A stretch of 61,670 nt of DNA, filler included, from an uncultured Methanosarcinales archaeon (GCA_964587045.1; 3 parts of 3 records of this genome joined end to end with filler, not necessarily neighbours in it), one strand, 5' to 3'; counted from the first letter of the whole stretch, positions 1 to 9,942 are shown. Numbers and translations are program-made. The notes: a model not told the origin generated them from the sequence alone.

Positions 1-1
1 T

Positions 2-109
2 GCAGGCATGATCATCGGCAAGCTCTCAGAGGGGGATATCAAGCTGGGCCTCAAGCACTCGCTGATACTCATGACAGTCGCCGTCTTCGTGATGACTATG
101 GCGGGATGA
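2..109 (+). CDS. C-terminal fragment of a type II secretion F / TadC / ArlJ-like membrane platform protein (partial at window edge)
   Basis: Frame reads AGMIIGKLSEGDIKLGLKHSLILMTVAVFVMTMAG*, resembling the G..IGK.SEG....G.KH C-terminus of archaeal pilus assembly membrane proteins. Confidence 0.6.
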   Translation, partial: AGMIIGKLSEGDIKLGLKHSLILMTVAVFVMTMAG

Positions 110-110
110 G

Positions 111-560
111 TCACTTTCTCCTGTAAAACTGCGCGCTGACCATGACCTCAGGGCTTCCTGTCAGCAGGAATTTATTGCCCTTCCTTCCAACAACGTAAAG
201 GTCATCCACGGCAAATACCTTGAGCGAGAAGTAGTCCGCTCCCAACTGATCCGCCAGGCATTCGACGGTGTTGGCTTCCATCTTGATGTGCTCGAAAAGG
301 GCCTCCTTGGTCAGCCTGTCCATTTCAGAAGGCTTTAGCTTGCTAATAGGCCTGTCCTCGATGAGCTCGAGGCTGTCCTGATGGATCTTTTGGTCCCATC
401 CCTTAATGTAATCATCAAGCCTGTATTCGGCCGCATCGAGCGGATCGGGTGGTGATGCTAACTCCACTATTCTGAAATTGGTGTCCTCCTTATTTATCAT
501 GAATATTGGCATGCTGCGGGGGAGAGACTCCTGTTTTATAAAGGTTCTCCTTAATCGCAT
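111..560 (-). CDS. hypothetical protein
   Basis: 149-aa ORF filling the space between genes; no recognised motif; start uncertain. Confidence 0.6.
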   Translation of the reverse strand: MRLRRTFIKQESLPRSMPIFMINKEDTNFRIVELASPPDPLDAAEYRLDDYIKGWDQKIHQDSLELIEDRPISKLKPSEMDRLTKEALFEHIKMEANTVECLADQLGADYFSLKVFAVDDLYVVGRKGNKFLLTGSPEVMVSAQFYRRK

Positions 561-773
561 GATTCGGTCCGAGGGATGCTTAAATGTAGGAAAGCGTGCA
601 ATTTGTTCATACCATCCGATTTCTCTTCAACTCGGGAGGACCGCGCGAGAACGATAAGAAAGAAATTGGAAGGGTAAATTGCTCTGAGCCCAATCTATAA
701 TATACGAATATATTAATTTGTATACAAATTTTTATATCAGTCATGATCCTTAAAGGAATGATTAAATAGGACT

Positions 774-1592
774 ATGGGTAGAACCACTAACATGCTTATC
801 GAGCTGGATGTCGACAAGGGGGTCGAGGAGAACGCATCCCGCTACTTCGACCAGGCCAAGAAGGCCAAGCGCAAGCTGGAAGGTGCAAGGAAAGCCCTTG
901 CGGTCTCCCTGAAGAGGAGGGAGGACCTGGCCAGGAAAAGCAAGGAAAAAAACGCGCTGATCAAGGCAGAGAACGAAGAGCGCGAGCGAAAACGCAAGCG
1001 AAAAGAGAGGAAGGCCTGGTACGAGAGCTTCAGGTGGTTCATCTCCAGCGAAGGGTTCCTGGTCGTCGGGGGCCGCGACGCTACGACGAACGAGATAGTA
1101 ATCAAGAAGCATGCAGAGAGCGGCGACATGGTATTCCACACCGACATGGCAGGCTCGCCTTTCTTCGTGGTGAAGACTGAAGGGAAGAAGGTGGGGGAGG
1201 CCACCATCAGGGAAGCGGCGCAGGCCACCATATCATTCTCGAGGGCTTGGAAAGCAGGCCTGGTCACCACCCGCGTCTTCCACGTCTCGCCAGACCAGGT
1301 CACTAAGGAGGCGCAGGCAGGCGAGTACTTGGCGAAGGGCGCCTTCATGATACGCGGCAAGACCAACTATGTCGACGTTGAGATGGGCCTTGCATTAGGG
1401 ATACATGAGGGCAGGGTGATGTGCGGCCCGCCAGCCGCTGTGAAGGCTCACTGTCAAAAGACCCTTCTAATATCCCAGGGCAATACCAAGCCCAGTTCAG
1501 CAGCGAAGCTGGTCCAAAAGGAGCTGGGCGGAGAGCTGGATGAGATTATTCGGAGCCTCCCGTCGGGGGACATGGCGATTAACCACTCCTAA
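774..1592 (+). CDS. NFACT-R (DUF814) domain protein, short RqcH/NEMF-like
   Basis: ENASRYFDQAKKAKRK coiled coil, then WYESFRWFISSEG.LVVGGRDATTNE, FHTDMAGSP and GAFMIRGK; the N-terminal NFACT-N/HhH part is absent. Confidence 0.85.
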   Translation: MGRTTNMLIELDVDKGVEENASRYFDQAKKAKRKLEGARKALAVSLKRREDLARKSKEKNALIKAENEERERKRKRKERKAWYESFRWFISSEGFLVVGGRDATTNEIVIKKHAESGDMVFHTDMAGSPFFVVKTEGKKVGEATIREAAQATISFSRAWKAGLVTTRVFHVSPDQVTKEAQAGEYLAKGAFMIRGKTNYVDVEMGLALGIHEGRVMCGPPAAVKAHCQKTLLISQGNTKPSSAAKLVQKELGGELDEIIRSLPSGDMAINHS

Positions 1593-1657
1593 GCCAAGAA
1601 AAAACTTTTTATACTAATCTCCAAGATAGTGATGTAAGCAGATGGGGGAAGAGGTAG

Positions 1658-3382
1658 ATGGATAACATATTCTGGGATGTATCCCTCATAATAATAGTTG
1701 CGACCCTCCTAGGCTACCTGCTAAAGCTCATCAAGCAGCCACTGGTCCCTGCCTACGTTCTGACTGGACTGATACTTGGGCCTCTGCTCCACCTCATCAC
1801 GGACTTCGAGACCATCCGGACCCTTTCAGAGATTGGGATTGCGTTTCTCCTATTCGTCGTGGGGCTGGAGCTCGACTTCAAGCGCCTGCGCGACATCGGG
1901 TCTGTCGCCACCATCGGCGGCACCATACAGGTCATGATCACCTTCTTCTTCGGATTCGTCATAGCCATAGTCCTAGGCTTCTACTACACCGAAGCCATCT
2001 ACCTGGGCTTCATAGTCGCGTTCTCAAGCACGATGGTCGTGATCAAGATGCTCTCGGACCACAACGAGCTCGACACACTGCACGGCAGGATAATCATCGG
2101 GATACTCCTCATACAGGACGTGATTGCCATCTTCGCCCTGCTCGCCCTCAACAACCTCGACAACTTCACCATCGTGACGTTCCTGCTCGCAATCCTCAAA
2201 GGCGGGCTGATGATCGGCTTCACGATACTGACTGCCAAGTACATGTTCCCGCCGGTATTCAAGTTCGCGGCCAAGAGCCAGGAGCTGCTCTTCATGATAG
2301 CCATCACATCATGCTTCGCCTTCGCCGCGCTCTTCACCGTCTTTGGGTTCTCCCTTGCAATCGGAGCGTTCCTAGCAGGGGTCGCGCTTGGCAACCTGCC
2401 ATACAACTATGAGATCATTGGAAAGGTGACTTCCATAAAGGACTTCTTCGCAATCCTTTTCTTCGTGTCTTTGGGCCTGGAGCTGCAGATATCAGGACTG
2501 GTCCCGATGCTCCCTGCAATACTCATCACGACAGCATTTGTCCTCATCGGGAAGCCTATTGTGATGATCCTATCAACCAGATTATTTGGCTACACCACCA
2601 GGACTTCTGCGATTACCGCTCTGTCCCTAGCACAGATAAGCGAGTTCTCACTGATACTGGTAGTGCAAGGCCTGGCCTTGGGACACCTCTCTGAGAGCAT
2701 GTTCTCCCTGACAGTCCTCGTCGCCCTCATAACCATTACCATCACATCCTATACCATAAAGTACGACAACGATATCGTCATGTTCCTCCAGCCAATGCTG
2801 CGGCCGTTGAAAAACCTCCGCACCCACAAGGAAGCGCTCGAGTACATACCAAAAGACAGGGACCACGAGGTCCTGCTAATCGGGTACGACCGGATTGGCT
2901 ACTCGATATTCAAGAAGCTGCAGGCTATGAAGAAGAATTTCCTCGTAATCGACTTCAACCCCGACATCGTAAGGAGGCTAATCAGGAAGAAGATCCCATG
3001 CATCTACGGCGACATAGCGGACCCCGAGATTTACAAGCGCCTCGGCCTGGAAAATCTAAAGTGGATCATATCCACCGTGCCGGACCTCAAGAGCAACCTG
3101 CTCATCATGGATAAGGCAAAGGAGGTCAACCATAGGCTGGTCGTCTTCGCCACCGCCTACACGATCGACGACGCGCTCGAGCTTTACGACAAGGGAGCGG
3201 ACTACGTCATCCTTCCCCACTTCCTGGGCGGCGACCGCGTGGCGATACTGCTCGAGGACATAACTTTCGACTTCTCGAAGCTCATACACACCAAGGTGGA
3301 TCATATACGCGACCTCGAGTACAGGAAGACATTGGGCCACGAGCATCCGATCGAGGTGAAGAAGTACTCGAGCAAAGCTTAA
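1658..3382 (+). CDS. CPA2 cation:proton antiporter with C-terminal RCK/TrkA-N domain (KefB/KefC-like)
   Basis: Many TM segments, LLFVVGLELD, SSTMVVIK, IQD, LAQISEFS; C-terminal IGYDRIG...YGD Rossmann domain. Confidence 0.9.
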   Translation: MDNIFWDVSLIIIVATLLGYLLKLIKQPLVPAYVLTGLILGPLLHLITDFETIRTLSEIGIAFLLFVVGLELDFKRLRDIGSVATIGGTIQVMITFFFGFVIAIVLGFYYTEAIYLGFIVAFSSTMVVIKMLSDHNELDTLHGRIIIGILLIQDVIAIFALLALNNLDNFTIVTFLLAILKGGLMIGFTILTAKYMFPPVFKFAAKSQELLFMIAITSCFAFAALFTVFGFSLAIGAFLAGVALGNLPYNYEIIGKVTSIKDFFAILFFVSLGLELQISGLVPMLPAILITTAFVLIGKPIVMILSTRLFGYTTRTSAITALSLAQISEFSLILVVQGLALGHLSESMFSLTVLVALITITITSYTIKYDNDIVMFLQPMLRPLKNLRTHKEALEYIPKDRDHEVLLIGYDRIGYSIFKKLQAMKKNFLVIDFNPDIVRRLIRKKIPCIYGDIADPEIYKRLGLENLKWIISTVPDLKSNLLIMDKAKEVNHRLVVFATAYTIDDALELYDKGADYVILPHFLGGDRVAILLEDITFDFSKLIHTKVDHIRDLEYRKTLGHEHPIEVKKYSSKA

Positions 3383-3407
3383 ATAATCGTCAACCCAACC
3401 TCATCTC

Positions 3408-3647
3408 ATGAAAGAGCAGCATGCCATCCAGGCTACCGTGAGGGTGGGCAAGATGGGATTTACTGATGCCCAGAGGTCCGAGATCAAGAAACAGCTCGAG
3501 GCGCGCAAGGTCGTAAAGGTCAAGATTCTACGAAGTTTCGGCGGCGACAAGAGAGGAATAGCGGATGAGATGGCGGTCAGGACCGGATCGGTAGTCGTCG
3601 CGCGCAGGGGCAATACTGTTCTTCTGGCCAAGCCGGTCAAATCATAA
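3408..3647 (+). CDS. YhbY/CRM-domain RNA-binding protein
   Basis: VRVGKMG...EIKKQLEARKVVKVKIL...VVARRGNTVLL. Confidence 0.8.
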   Translation: MKEQHAIQATVRVGKMGFTDAQRSEIKKQLEARKVVKVKILRSFGGDKRGIADEMAVRTGSVVVARRGNTVLLAKPVKS

Positions 3648-3703
3648 AGTATTTAAAGGCCGGACCATAAAATAACATATATAGTTAGAGGAAGGTCTAG
3701 ACG

Positions 3704-5107
3704 ATGGTAACGCTCGCTGATTTCAATTTTCGCGACGAGGAATTGATGGAGATAGCGAGAGATTACGTCAAGCCGACAGGCTACCCAAAGACCCTCAAGA
3801 CGTACAGGCTCGTGTATGAGATATACAACATGTCAATCGAGGAGTCGTACTTCTTCGTTCTGGGCCACCTCCGCCAGGACCAGGGCTTTCCCGAGACCAT
3901 TAAGCTGACCGACGTGTTCTCTGCCTCAGAACAGTCAGCCATCTGGGGCAATGCAGCGCAGAGGCTGTCCATCCAGCAGGATAAGGCATCGCAGTTCATG
4001 GCGACCATAGGAAGCATGGTAAAGGACCTGTTCAAGCTGGTGCGGGACATGAGGATACTCGACGAGAGGCTCCAGACCTATGAGGACAGCTACAGGGGGA
4101 TGGAGTCGGCAGAGATTACTCTCAAGGGCTGGTGGATCGACCTGGTTGAGGGGGGCACCAAGAGCCCGGCGTCTGTCTACGGCCTCGCGACCCAGGTCGG
4201 TTTCACAGTGCTTCCGGACCTTTTCTTCTCAATCCATCCCAAGAAGACCACCGACGTCGACAGGATTGTCGACGCCCTCAAGGGCAAGTTCAACAGGAAG
4301 CTAAGGGAGGTCCTCAAGAGGAAGCTATTCTCGTTCCTCGGCTGGAAGGAGAACACATACAAAGAGCTCAAGACCAGGAGGCGTTTCGTGCTCAGGTACT
4401 TGAGGCAGCACTACAACGTGATCAACATGTACCTCGGTTGGGTCAAGCCGTACCTCAAGAACGCGGCGAGGATGAAGATGCGCGATGAGCACGCCGAATC
4501 AACAGACCTGATCACCGCGTTCGAGGGGTCAATGCTCGACATCGAGTTCCTCGCCATGAGACAGTACAAAAACACAGACTACCGCTCTGTCATCTGCGCA
4601 ACGTTCAACTACAGGACGCGTCCGACCATGGCGTACAACCAAGAGTACCAGCGCGGCCCGCTCCACGTCGGCAAGTGCGACATGACCTTCCGCGTCTACT
4701 CATGGACCAAGTCTCAGGTAGATGATTTCGTCAGGATGAAGAGGCAGGAGGACTTCGAGCTCCTCGGATACGCTGACGAATCTGTGAAATCCGCGATGGA
4801 GGCGCTCGGCGATGACCTGAACAACTACCTAAAAGAGGCGGGCGAGGACATCAAGGAAGAGAAAAAGGACATCGCCCCGCCCAAGCCCAGGCAGGAGAAC
4901 ATCATATCGCCATTCGTGTCAGTGTTCAAGGGCTTCTACGAGCTCTTCGACGCCTTGACCGGTGTTTCGGGCATGGTCCAAAAGAAGAAGCGGACCACTG
5001 ACCACGAGGACAAGGAAGCGAGGAAGGCAGCAGAAAAGGCGGCTCTCGGAGCGGCATGGCAGGTGTACAAGAACTACAAGAAGGCCCACAGGATGGTGAC
5101 GTGGTGA
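3704..5107 (+). CDS. hypothetical protein, first gene of a 3-gene operon
   Basis: 467-aa ORF with coding-like codon usage; AT-rich promoter and GAGGAAGG upstream; no known domain recognised. Confidence 0.8.
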   Translation: MVTLADFNFRDEELMEIARDYVKPTGYPKTLKTYRLVYEIYNMSIEESYFFVLGHLRQDQGFPETIKLTDVFSASEQSAIWGNAAQRLSIQQDKASQFMATIGSMVKDLFKLVRDMRILDERLQTYEDSYRGMESAEITLKGWWIDLVEGGTKSPASVYGLATQVGFTVLPDLFFSIHPKKTTDVDRIVDALKGKFNRKLREVLKRKLFSFLGWKENTYKELKTRRRFVLRYLRQHYNVINMYLGWVKPYLKNAARMKMRDEHAESTDLITAFEGSMLDIEFLAMRQYKNTDYRSVICATFNYRTRPTMAYNQEYQRGPLHVGKCDMTFRVYSWTKSQVDDFVRMKRQEDFELLGYADESVKSAMEALGDDLNNYLKEAGEDIKEEKKDIAPPKPRQENIISPFVSVFKGFYELFDALTGVSGMVQKKKRTTDHEDKEARKAAEKAALGAAWQVYKNYKKAHRMVTW

Positions 5108-5109
5108 GT

Positions 5110-5676
5110 ATGGCAGACGACGCGGTCGAGAAGCTAAAGAAACTCCCACCCGAGGAGCGAATCAAGCGCCTCAAGAAGCTCGAAAATGAGAGGAAGGAGC
5201 AGGAGGACGAGGCTAAGAAACTGCTCGAGGAGTCCTTGGATGAAATAGAGCGCGACAGGGCGCTGGAGAATGTCGAGCTTCCTGACCAGGAGCTGGTCGA
5301 CGTGTCAAAGCTGTTCAAGAGCGAGGAATCCCTAGAAGAGACTGTCGAGGAAGAGGCGCCGATCAACCCGCCGGAATCCGAAGGCCAGTACTTCATCCCG
5401 CCTGAGGAGCTATCATCGCCCACTCCAAATCTCGGTGAGATCGCTCAGCCGATTTACAACCGGCTTATGCAGATGCGCGAGCGCGTGGAGTCCAACCAGC
5501 CGCTTGACGTTTATGACCAGAACCTCGCGCGTGTGGTAAGGGAGCGACTGCCCAAATTTAAGGTGGACTACACATACACCAAGGCAGATGAGGTGGTAAG
5601 GATGCTCGACGCCTCGGCAAGAATCCTGGAGGAGCTAGGCTACACCTTAGAGCTGGATCACAAGAGGCCGCAGTGA
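5110..5676 (+). CDS. hypothetical charged/coiled-coil protein
   Basis: ATG at 5110 follows GGTGA and the upstream stop; LKKLPPEERIKRLKKLE helical N-terminus. Confidence 0.75.
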   Translation: MADDAVEKLKKLPPEERIKRLKKLENERKEQEDEAKKLLEESLDEIERDRALENVELPDQELVDVSKLFKSEESLEETVEEEAPINPPESEGQYFIPPEELSSPTPNLGEIAQPIYNRLMQMRERVESNQPLDVYDQNLARVVRERLPKFKVDYTYTKADEVVRMLDASARILEELGYTLELDHKRPQ

Positions 5677-7589
5677 TGGTAATATTCACACAGCCCAACT
5701 ACTACCACAGCATGGATAAGGACTACATGATAGACCCAGATACGGGTTTTGCACGCAAGCCGCCTGAGGGGCATGTGGGTCCTATCAACACAGGCGAGCT
5801 AGGCACTTCGGTGATTGAGGGCCGAGGCAGGGGATCTTTCCTCCAGTCGGTTAATGCGGCCATCCGCGAGGGCACGTCGGTCATCGAGATGGCGACCAGC
5901 ATGGAGGGGTCCGACCACGGGGTCGGCGCCGAGGCTTACGGCAAGGATGCGAGAAGGACGCTTCGCGAGATGGCAGAGGCCAACGAGGTCAAGTTCTCAA
6001 GCGTGCATGTCCCGACGCAGATAGGCAACATATCAGGACTGGGTCAGGGAGGCTTCTCGGAGCAGCAGCGCGACGAGCAGATAAACGAGATCAAGAAGGC
6101 AGTCAGGTTCGCCGCCGAGGCGGCGCAAGGCGGAGCTGTTGTCGTGCACACTGGAGAGTTCCCCAGATCCATATCTGACCACTACGGCGATAAGTTCATA
6201 GGATACGAGGGAGAAGACAAAGATGCTACGTTCTACCTGGTGGATGAGCAGTCAGGCCAAGTAATTCAGTCCATCAAGAAAGACCAAAAGATCGCTATGC
6301 CGGTGTACAAGACTGAGTCCATCAACGGTCGTGAGGTCTATTTAGACGAGAACGGCCAGCCGACCGACGATCCCAACAGGAGGGTCCCTGTCATTGAGGA
6401 AGGCGGCATGTTCAAAGTGGAGGAACGCAACTGGGATTACTTCAAGCGCGAGGCAGACAGGCAAAACAACCTTAATCCCAACCACCCTGTGACGCCGGAG
6501 GAGCTGATGTTCAAGGCGACGATACAGCCGCGGATTGAGCAGGCCAAGTCTTACGCGCTGGACTACGCCAAGAACTATGAGGAGTTGCTGGACAGGAAGA
6601 AGAAGCTGGCCGAGGCCCTTGAGGGCTTCAAGGAGATTGAGGCCGCAGTGAGCCCTGAGAGGAAGTTTGTCCTGAAGAACAAGTGGGAGGGGCAGTGGAA
6701 CGCGCTCATCCCAGCTGATGAGATGTATCCCACAGAGCACCTGAACAAAGAGCTGAAGAGAATCACGCGCCAGCTCGAGGCGGTCAAGGAAGGCGCGCTT
6801 GCCTACTCCCAGCAAGCCAAGGAGTACGAGGAGCAGATAAACAGGGTCAAGCCGCTTTCGGAGTACGGGATAAAGAAGAGTGTTGAAAGCCTTGCAGAGA
6901 CGGGCTTGTACGCTATGGATCAGACCAGCGGCAACCACCTCAAACGTGACGTTTTCATGGCGCCAGAGCACATATTCCCGACCATGGGTTACGGCTCTCA
7001 CCCTGACGAGCTAATCGAGCTGGTTAAGCAGGGCAGGACCAGGATGAAGGAGCGTCTCATAGCAGAGAGAGGGCTCAGCGAGAGGGAGGCTGAGGAGAAG
7101 GCTGAGCGCCACATCAAGGCTACATTGGACACGCAGCACCTGGGCATGTGGAGGAGGTACTTCAAGCCGAAAGCCGGTGAGACCGAAAAGCAGACCGAGG
7201 ACCGGTTCAACAAGTGGTACATGGAGCAGATCAAGAAGTTCGAAAGGGAAGGGATAATCGGTCACATACACATCGTGGACGGCTTCGGAAGGGGGCATAC
7301 CCATGTTGCTCCGGGCCAGGGCGTCAATCCGGTGGTCGAGGCTGTGGAGTACCTGAAGAGGAAGGGATTCGCGGGCACCATGATATCTGAGGCGCACGAG
7401 GACAAGGAGGGGCAGATCGCGACTACATGGAGGGCGTTCGGCTCGCCCATCTACGCGTCAGGCGCGCGGCCCACATGGGGTGACGTCCACCAGGCTTACT
7501 TCGGTCGAAACTACAGCACCGCCCACATCGTCGGCGGCTACGCGCCTTCTGAGGACTGGCAGACATGGAGCCAGCTCCCGCTGGAATAG
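5673..7589 (+). CDS. xylose-isomerase/AP-endonuclease-2-like TIM-barrel metalloenzyme with large insertion
   Basis: Ordered metal-site motifs SVHVP, VVVHTGE, APEH, TLDTQH, HIHIVD, HTH..PGQG, ISE; about 250-aa largely helical insert between VHTGE and APEH. Confidence 0.7.
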   Translation: MMVIFTQPNYYHSMDKDYMIDPDTGFARKPPEGHVGPINTGELGTSVIEGRGRGSFLQSVNAAIREGTSVIEMATSMEGSDHGVGAEAYGKDARRTLREMAEANEVKFSSVHVPTQIGNISGLGQGGFSEQQRDEQINEIKKAVRFAAEAAQGGAVVVHTGEFPRSISDHYGDKFIGYEGEDKDATFYLVDEQSGQVIQSIKKDQKIAMPVYKTESINGREVYLDENGQPTDDPNRRVPVIEEGGMFKVEERNWDYFKREADRQNNLNPNHPVTPEELMFKATIQPRIEQAKSYALDYAKNYEELLDRKKKLAEALEGFKEIEAAVSPERKFVLKNKWEGQWNALIPADEMYPTEHLNKELKRITRQLEAVKEGALAYSQQAKEYEEQINRVKPLSEYGIKKSVESLAETGLYAMDQTSGNHLKRDVFMAPEHIFPTMGYGSHPDELIELVKQGRTRMKERLIAERGLSEREAEEKAERHIKATLDTQHLGMWRRYFKPKAGETEKQTEDRFNKWYMEQIKKFEREGIIGHIHIVDGFGRGHTHVAPGQGVNPVVEAVEYLKRKGFAGTMISEAHEDKEGQIATTWRAFGSPIYASGARPTWGDVHQAYFGRNYSTAHIVGGYAPSEDWQTWSQLPLE

Positions 7590-7591
7590 TT

Positions 7592-8314
7592 TCACGAGAA
7601 TACCAAAGCTATGATGTTGTCTACAGGAGTCGAACCCAGGGTCACGTTTCCCTTGGAATGGACCTGGACCTTCATGTTGTTCATGGCTAGCTTGGCCAGA
7701 TCGTCGTTCCACTCGGATTCTACATCGTGGTAGATGGTCAGCTTCTTGGCTTTCACCAGACCTTTGAGGAATATTGGAGGCTCCCGCCAGAGCACAATCG
7801 ATTTCAGGCTGGCCAGGATTTTCCTGTAGGCCTCGGGGTCGTAGTCCCTGATGCACCTGAGGCGCTTTGCTCCTTCCCGCGCCGCTTCCTTGCAGTCTAG
7901 CTTGCAGGGCAGGAATCCGAGTACCGGCGCAGCGAGTACGTTGTTCTCCTTTGGGAACTCGAATCCCTCTGAGGCACGTACCACGCTGCCGTGGCTCTCG
8001 TGCTTTGAGTTCGCGCAGCATTTTGGCACTCCCAACACCTGCCTCATCTCGCTCTCCATGCCGTGCCTGTAGAATATCTTGGCTACGTCCAGCTCGCTTC
8101 GGTTCCTACCCACCAGGACCTTGTAGGCGTGCTTGCCTTTCGCTGAGAACTCGTAGCTCATGAAGTGGAGGTCGTTTACAGTGCAGTACGCTATGAGGCG
8201 ATTGAGCCCCTTCTCGTCCACGGTGATTGAGGTAGCGGGCTGCACGCCGTCGCGGACGTAGAGGAGCTGCAGAGCTGTCCCGAGAGGGAACAGGTTGGAA
8301 AGTTCGCTAAGCAT
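7592..8314 (-). CDS. DUF483-like Cys-motif protein
   Basis: LGVPKCC and FLPCKLDCKEA motifs resemble archaeal DUF483. Confidence 0.5.
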   Translation of the reverse strand: MLSELSNLFPLGTALQLLYVRDGVQPATSITVDEKGLNRLIAYCTVNDLHFMSYEFSAKGKHAYKVLVGRNRSELDVAKIFYRHGMESEMRQVLGVPKCCANSKHESHGSVVRASEGFEFPKENNVLAAPVLGFLPCKLDCKEAAREGAKRLRCIRDYDPEAYRKILASLKSIVLWREPPIFLKGLVKAKKLTIYHDVESEWNDDLAKLAMNNMKVQVHSKGNVTLGSTPVDNIIALVFS

Positions 8315-8339
8315 TGGAGATAGTGGGTGATAAGACTAT

Positions 8340-8441
8340 TTATTCCTTTTGATACTTCTCCATCAGCAGCTTGTCCTGCTCCATCTTGGCAAGCACTGAC
8401 CCGCTCTCGTTCATGCGTATGATCTTTTCGAGGTTCTCCAT
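8340..8441 (-). CDS. putative small protein (33 aa, MENLEKIIRMNESGSVLAKMEQDKLLMEKYQKE)
   Basis: Clean ATG-TAA ORF in an intergenic gap, with coding-like codons and an AT-rich region upstream; below the ORF-track size cut-off. Confidence 0.45.
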   Translation of the reverse strand: MENLEKIIRMNESGSVLAKMEQDKLLMEKYQKE

Positions 8442-8532
8442 CCCAATTACCTATTTATCTAAAGGGATATGAAAGCGTATTTCAAGGAATTTTAGAGAAT
8501 ACAGGAATTTTATTGCCGGATATCGTTTGTTA

Positions 8533-8548
8533 CTGACATTTTTGTCCC
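8533..8548. promoter_or_regulatory. candidate operator CTGACATTTTTGTCCC (site 1 of 3)
   Basis: Pseudo-palindrome with 15/16 identity to the reverse complement of 10840-10855. Confidence 0.5.
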
Positions 8549-8608
8549 GAAAGTGAGGTCTTGAGGAGAGAAGTCATTATAAACGCAGGAATGAATTGTC
8601 TGTATGGT

Positions 8609-8728
8609 ATGATGAACCTGCCACATATGATTCACGCGAGGCCTGAGAGCCGTCTGCTGGTCAGGCAGATAAGGAGCATATACTGGAAGTATCACAGGGA
8701 TTGGCGGCTGCCCCAGGCTAGCAGCTGA
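8609..8728 (+). CDS. putative small basic protein (39 aa)
   Basis: MMNLPHMIHARPESRLLVRQIRSIYWKYHRDWRLPQASS*; TTATAAA at 8577-8583 is at archaeal TATA distance. Confidence 0.3.
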   Translation: MMNLPHMIHARPESRLLVRQIRSIYWKYHRDWRLPQASS

Positions 8729-9281
8729 TATTCTTGGGCGACTCCATCAGGAGGTAAGGCCGCCTAAGTGCTATGCTTTCTCCTTTCCTCTTGAAACCGA
8801 GCTTCCTGTAGAACCTGATAGCACTCTTGTTGCGCTTGTCAACTTCTAGAAGAATCCTCTTCTTCCACCTCTTCTGGACCTCAGCGAGCAGGTGCACGCC
8901 AATGCCCTTCTTACGGAAATTGGGATCGACTGCGATGTAGTTGACCAGGGTGCGCTTCTTTGGGAGCCTCCCTAAAATGCCCTTCCAACCTGACAGCACA
9001 TCCAGCAACCTGGAGACGCGGACCCTGTGCGCAAAACGTATAAGGGTGAAGAAGACATGGAAACGGAACCCAAAATCCCTGCCGACATGCACGAAGCCGA
9101 CCACCCTCCTCCTCGATACTGCTATGAGAACGTGCTTTTGCCTTATGATGCGCCTTATTATGTGATCCAGCACCTCAGACTGGTTGGACATGAATGAGAG
9201 AGAGTTGTTGAAAGATGAAAGGAACAACTTCTTGAGCTGTTCAATATCTGTCGTCGCTGCATAACGATAACTTACCATCAC
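8718..9281 (-). CDS. GNAT family N-acetyltransferase
   Basis: IAVDPNFRKKGIG acetyl-CoA motif A; LEVDKRNKSAIRFYRKLGF motif B. Confidence 0.9.
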   Translation of the reverse strand: MMVSYRYAATTDIEQLKKLFLSSFNNSLSFMSNQSEVLDHIIRRIIRQKHVLIAVSRRRVVGFVHVGRDFGFRFHVFFTLIRFAHRVRVSRLLDVLSGWKGILGRLPKKRTLVNYIAVDPNFRKKGIGVHLLAEVQKRWKKRILLEVDKRNKSAIRFYRKLGFKRKGESIALRRPYLLMESPKNISC

Positions 9282-9314
9282 CTTATATAAACAACAGGCA
9301 CTATTTATATTTTT

Positions 9315-9857
9315 TCATCTTCCGGCCTGTGCGTACGCCCTCGCCTCAGCAAGCTCCTCGAGCCTGCCGTATTTGACCCTGTCCGCCGCGTTGCTCGCGT
9401 ACTCCTTGAGCCTGTTGTAGAACTTCTTGAGCTTGCCCTCGGTGTTCTCCTCTGAATGCTCTCCAGCGGCGTGGGTGTCCTCGTGCGGGAAGATGTAGTC
9501 GTTTAGCACCTGTTTGAACTTGTCCCAGTACTCGCCACCCTTCTCCTTCATCTGATTGAGGTATCTCCTGTTCAGTGCCAGGATGTTCTTGTACACAGGG
9601 TGGTCGGTCTTGATGATGGCCGCCAAGGCGTTTTCGGGCATGTCAACCACCCCGTACCCGTCGATGTCCGGGCTCCTTCCCAGGTATTCATGGTACTTCT
9701 GGCCGATGTAGCTGTCCTTGTAGCGCTCGTAGAGCCTCTTCAGCAGACCGGCGTTCTGCTCTTCCTTAACCGAGGGGGTGATGGGCTGCTCGCTCTTGGC
9801 GTCGATGACTGTCCCATCGCCTATTACATCCTCAATCCCCTGTTCGCGGGCATACAT
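9315..9857 (-). CDS. HExxH-motif protein, possible small zinc metallopeptidase
   Basis: IFPHEDTHAAGEHSEENTE; probable start MYAREQ at 9857, downstream of a minus-strand TATAAATATA (9906-9915). Confidence 0.55.
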   Translation of the reverse strand: MYAREQGIEDVIGDGTVIDAKSEQPITPSVKEEQNAGLLKRLYERYKDSYIGQKYHEYLGRSPDIDGYGVVDMPENALAAIIKTDHPVYKNILALNRRYLNQMKEKGGEYWDKFKQVLNDYIFPHEDTHAAGEHSEENTEGKLKKFYNRLKEYASNAADRVKYGRLEELAEARAYAQAGR

Positions 9858-9942
9858 AGTCTTGTAACAGTTCATAATTCTCACCGCAACTGGAATAGGC
9901 CATGGTATATTTATAGAATTCTGGGATGCAAGAAATTGGATT

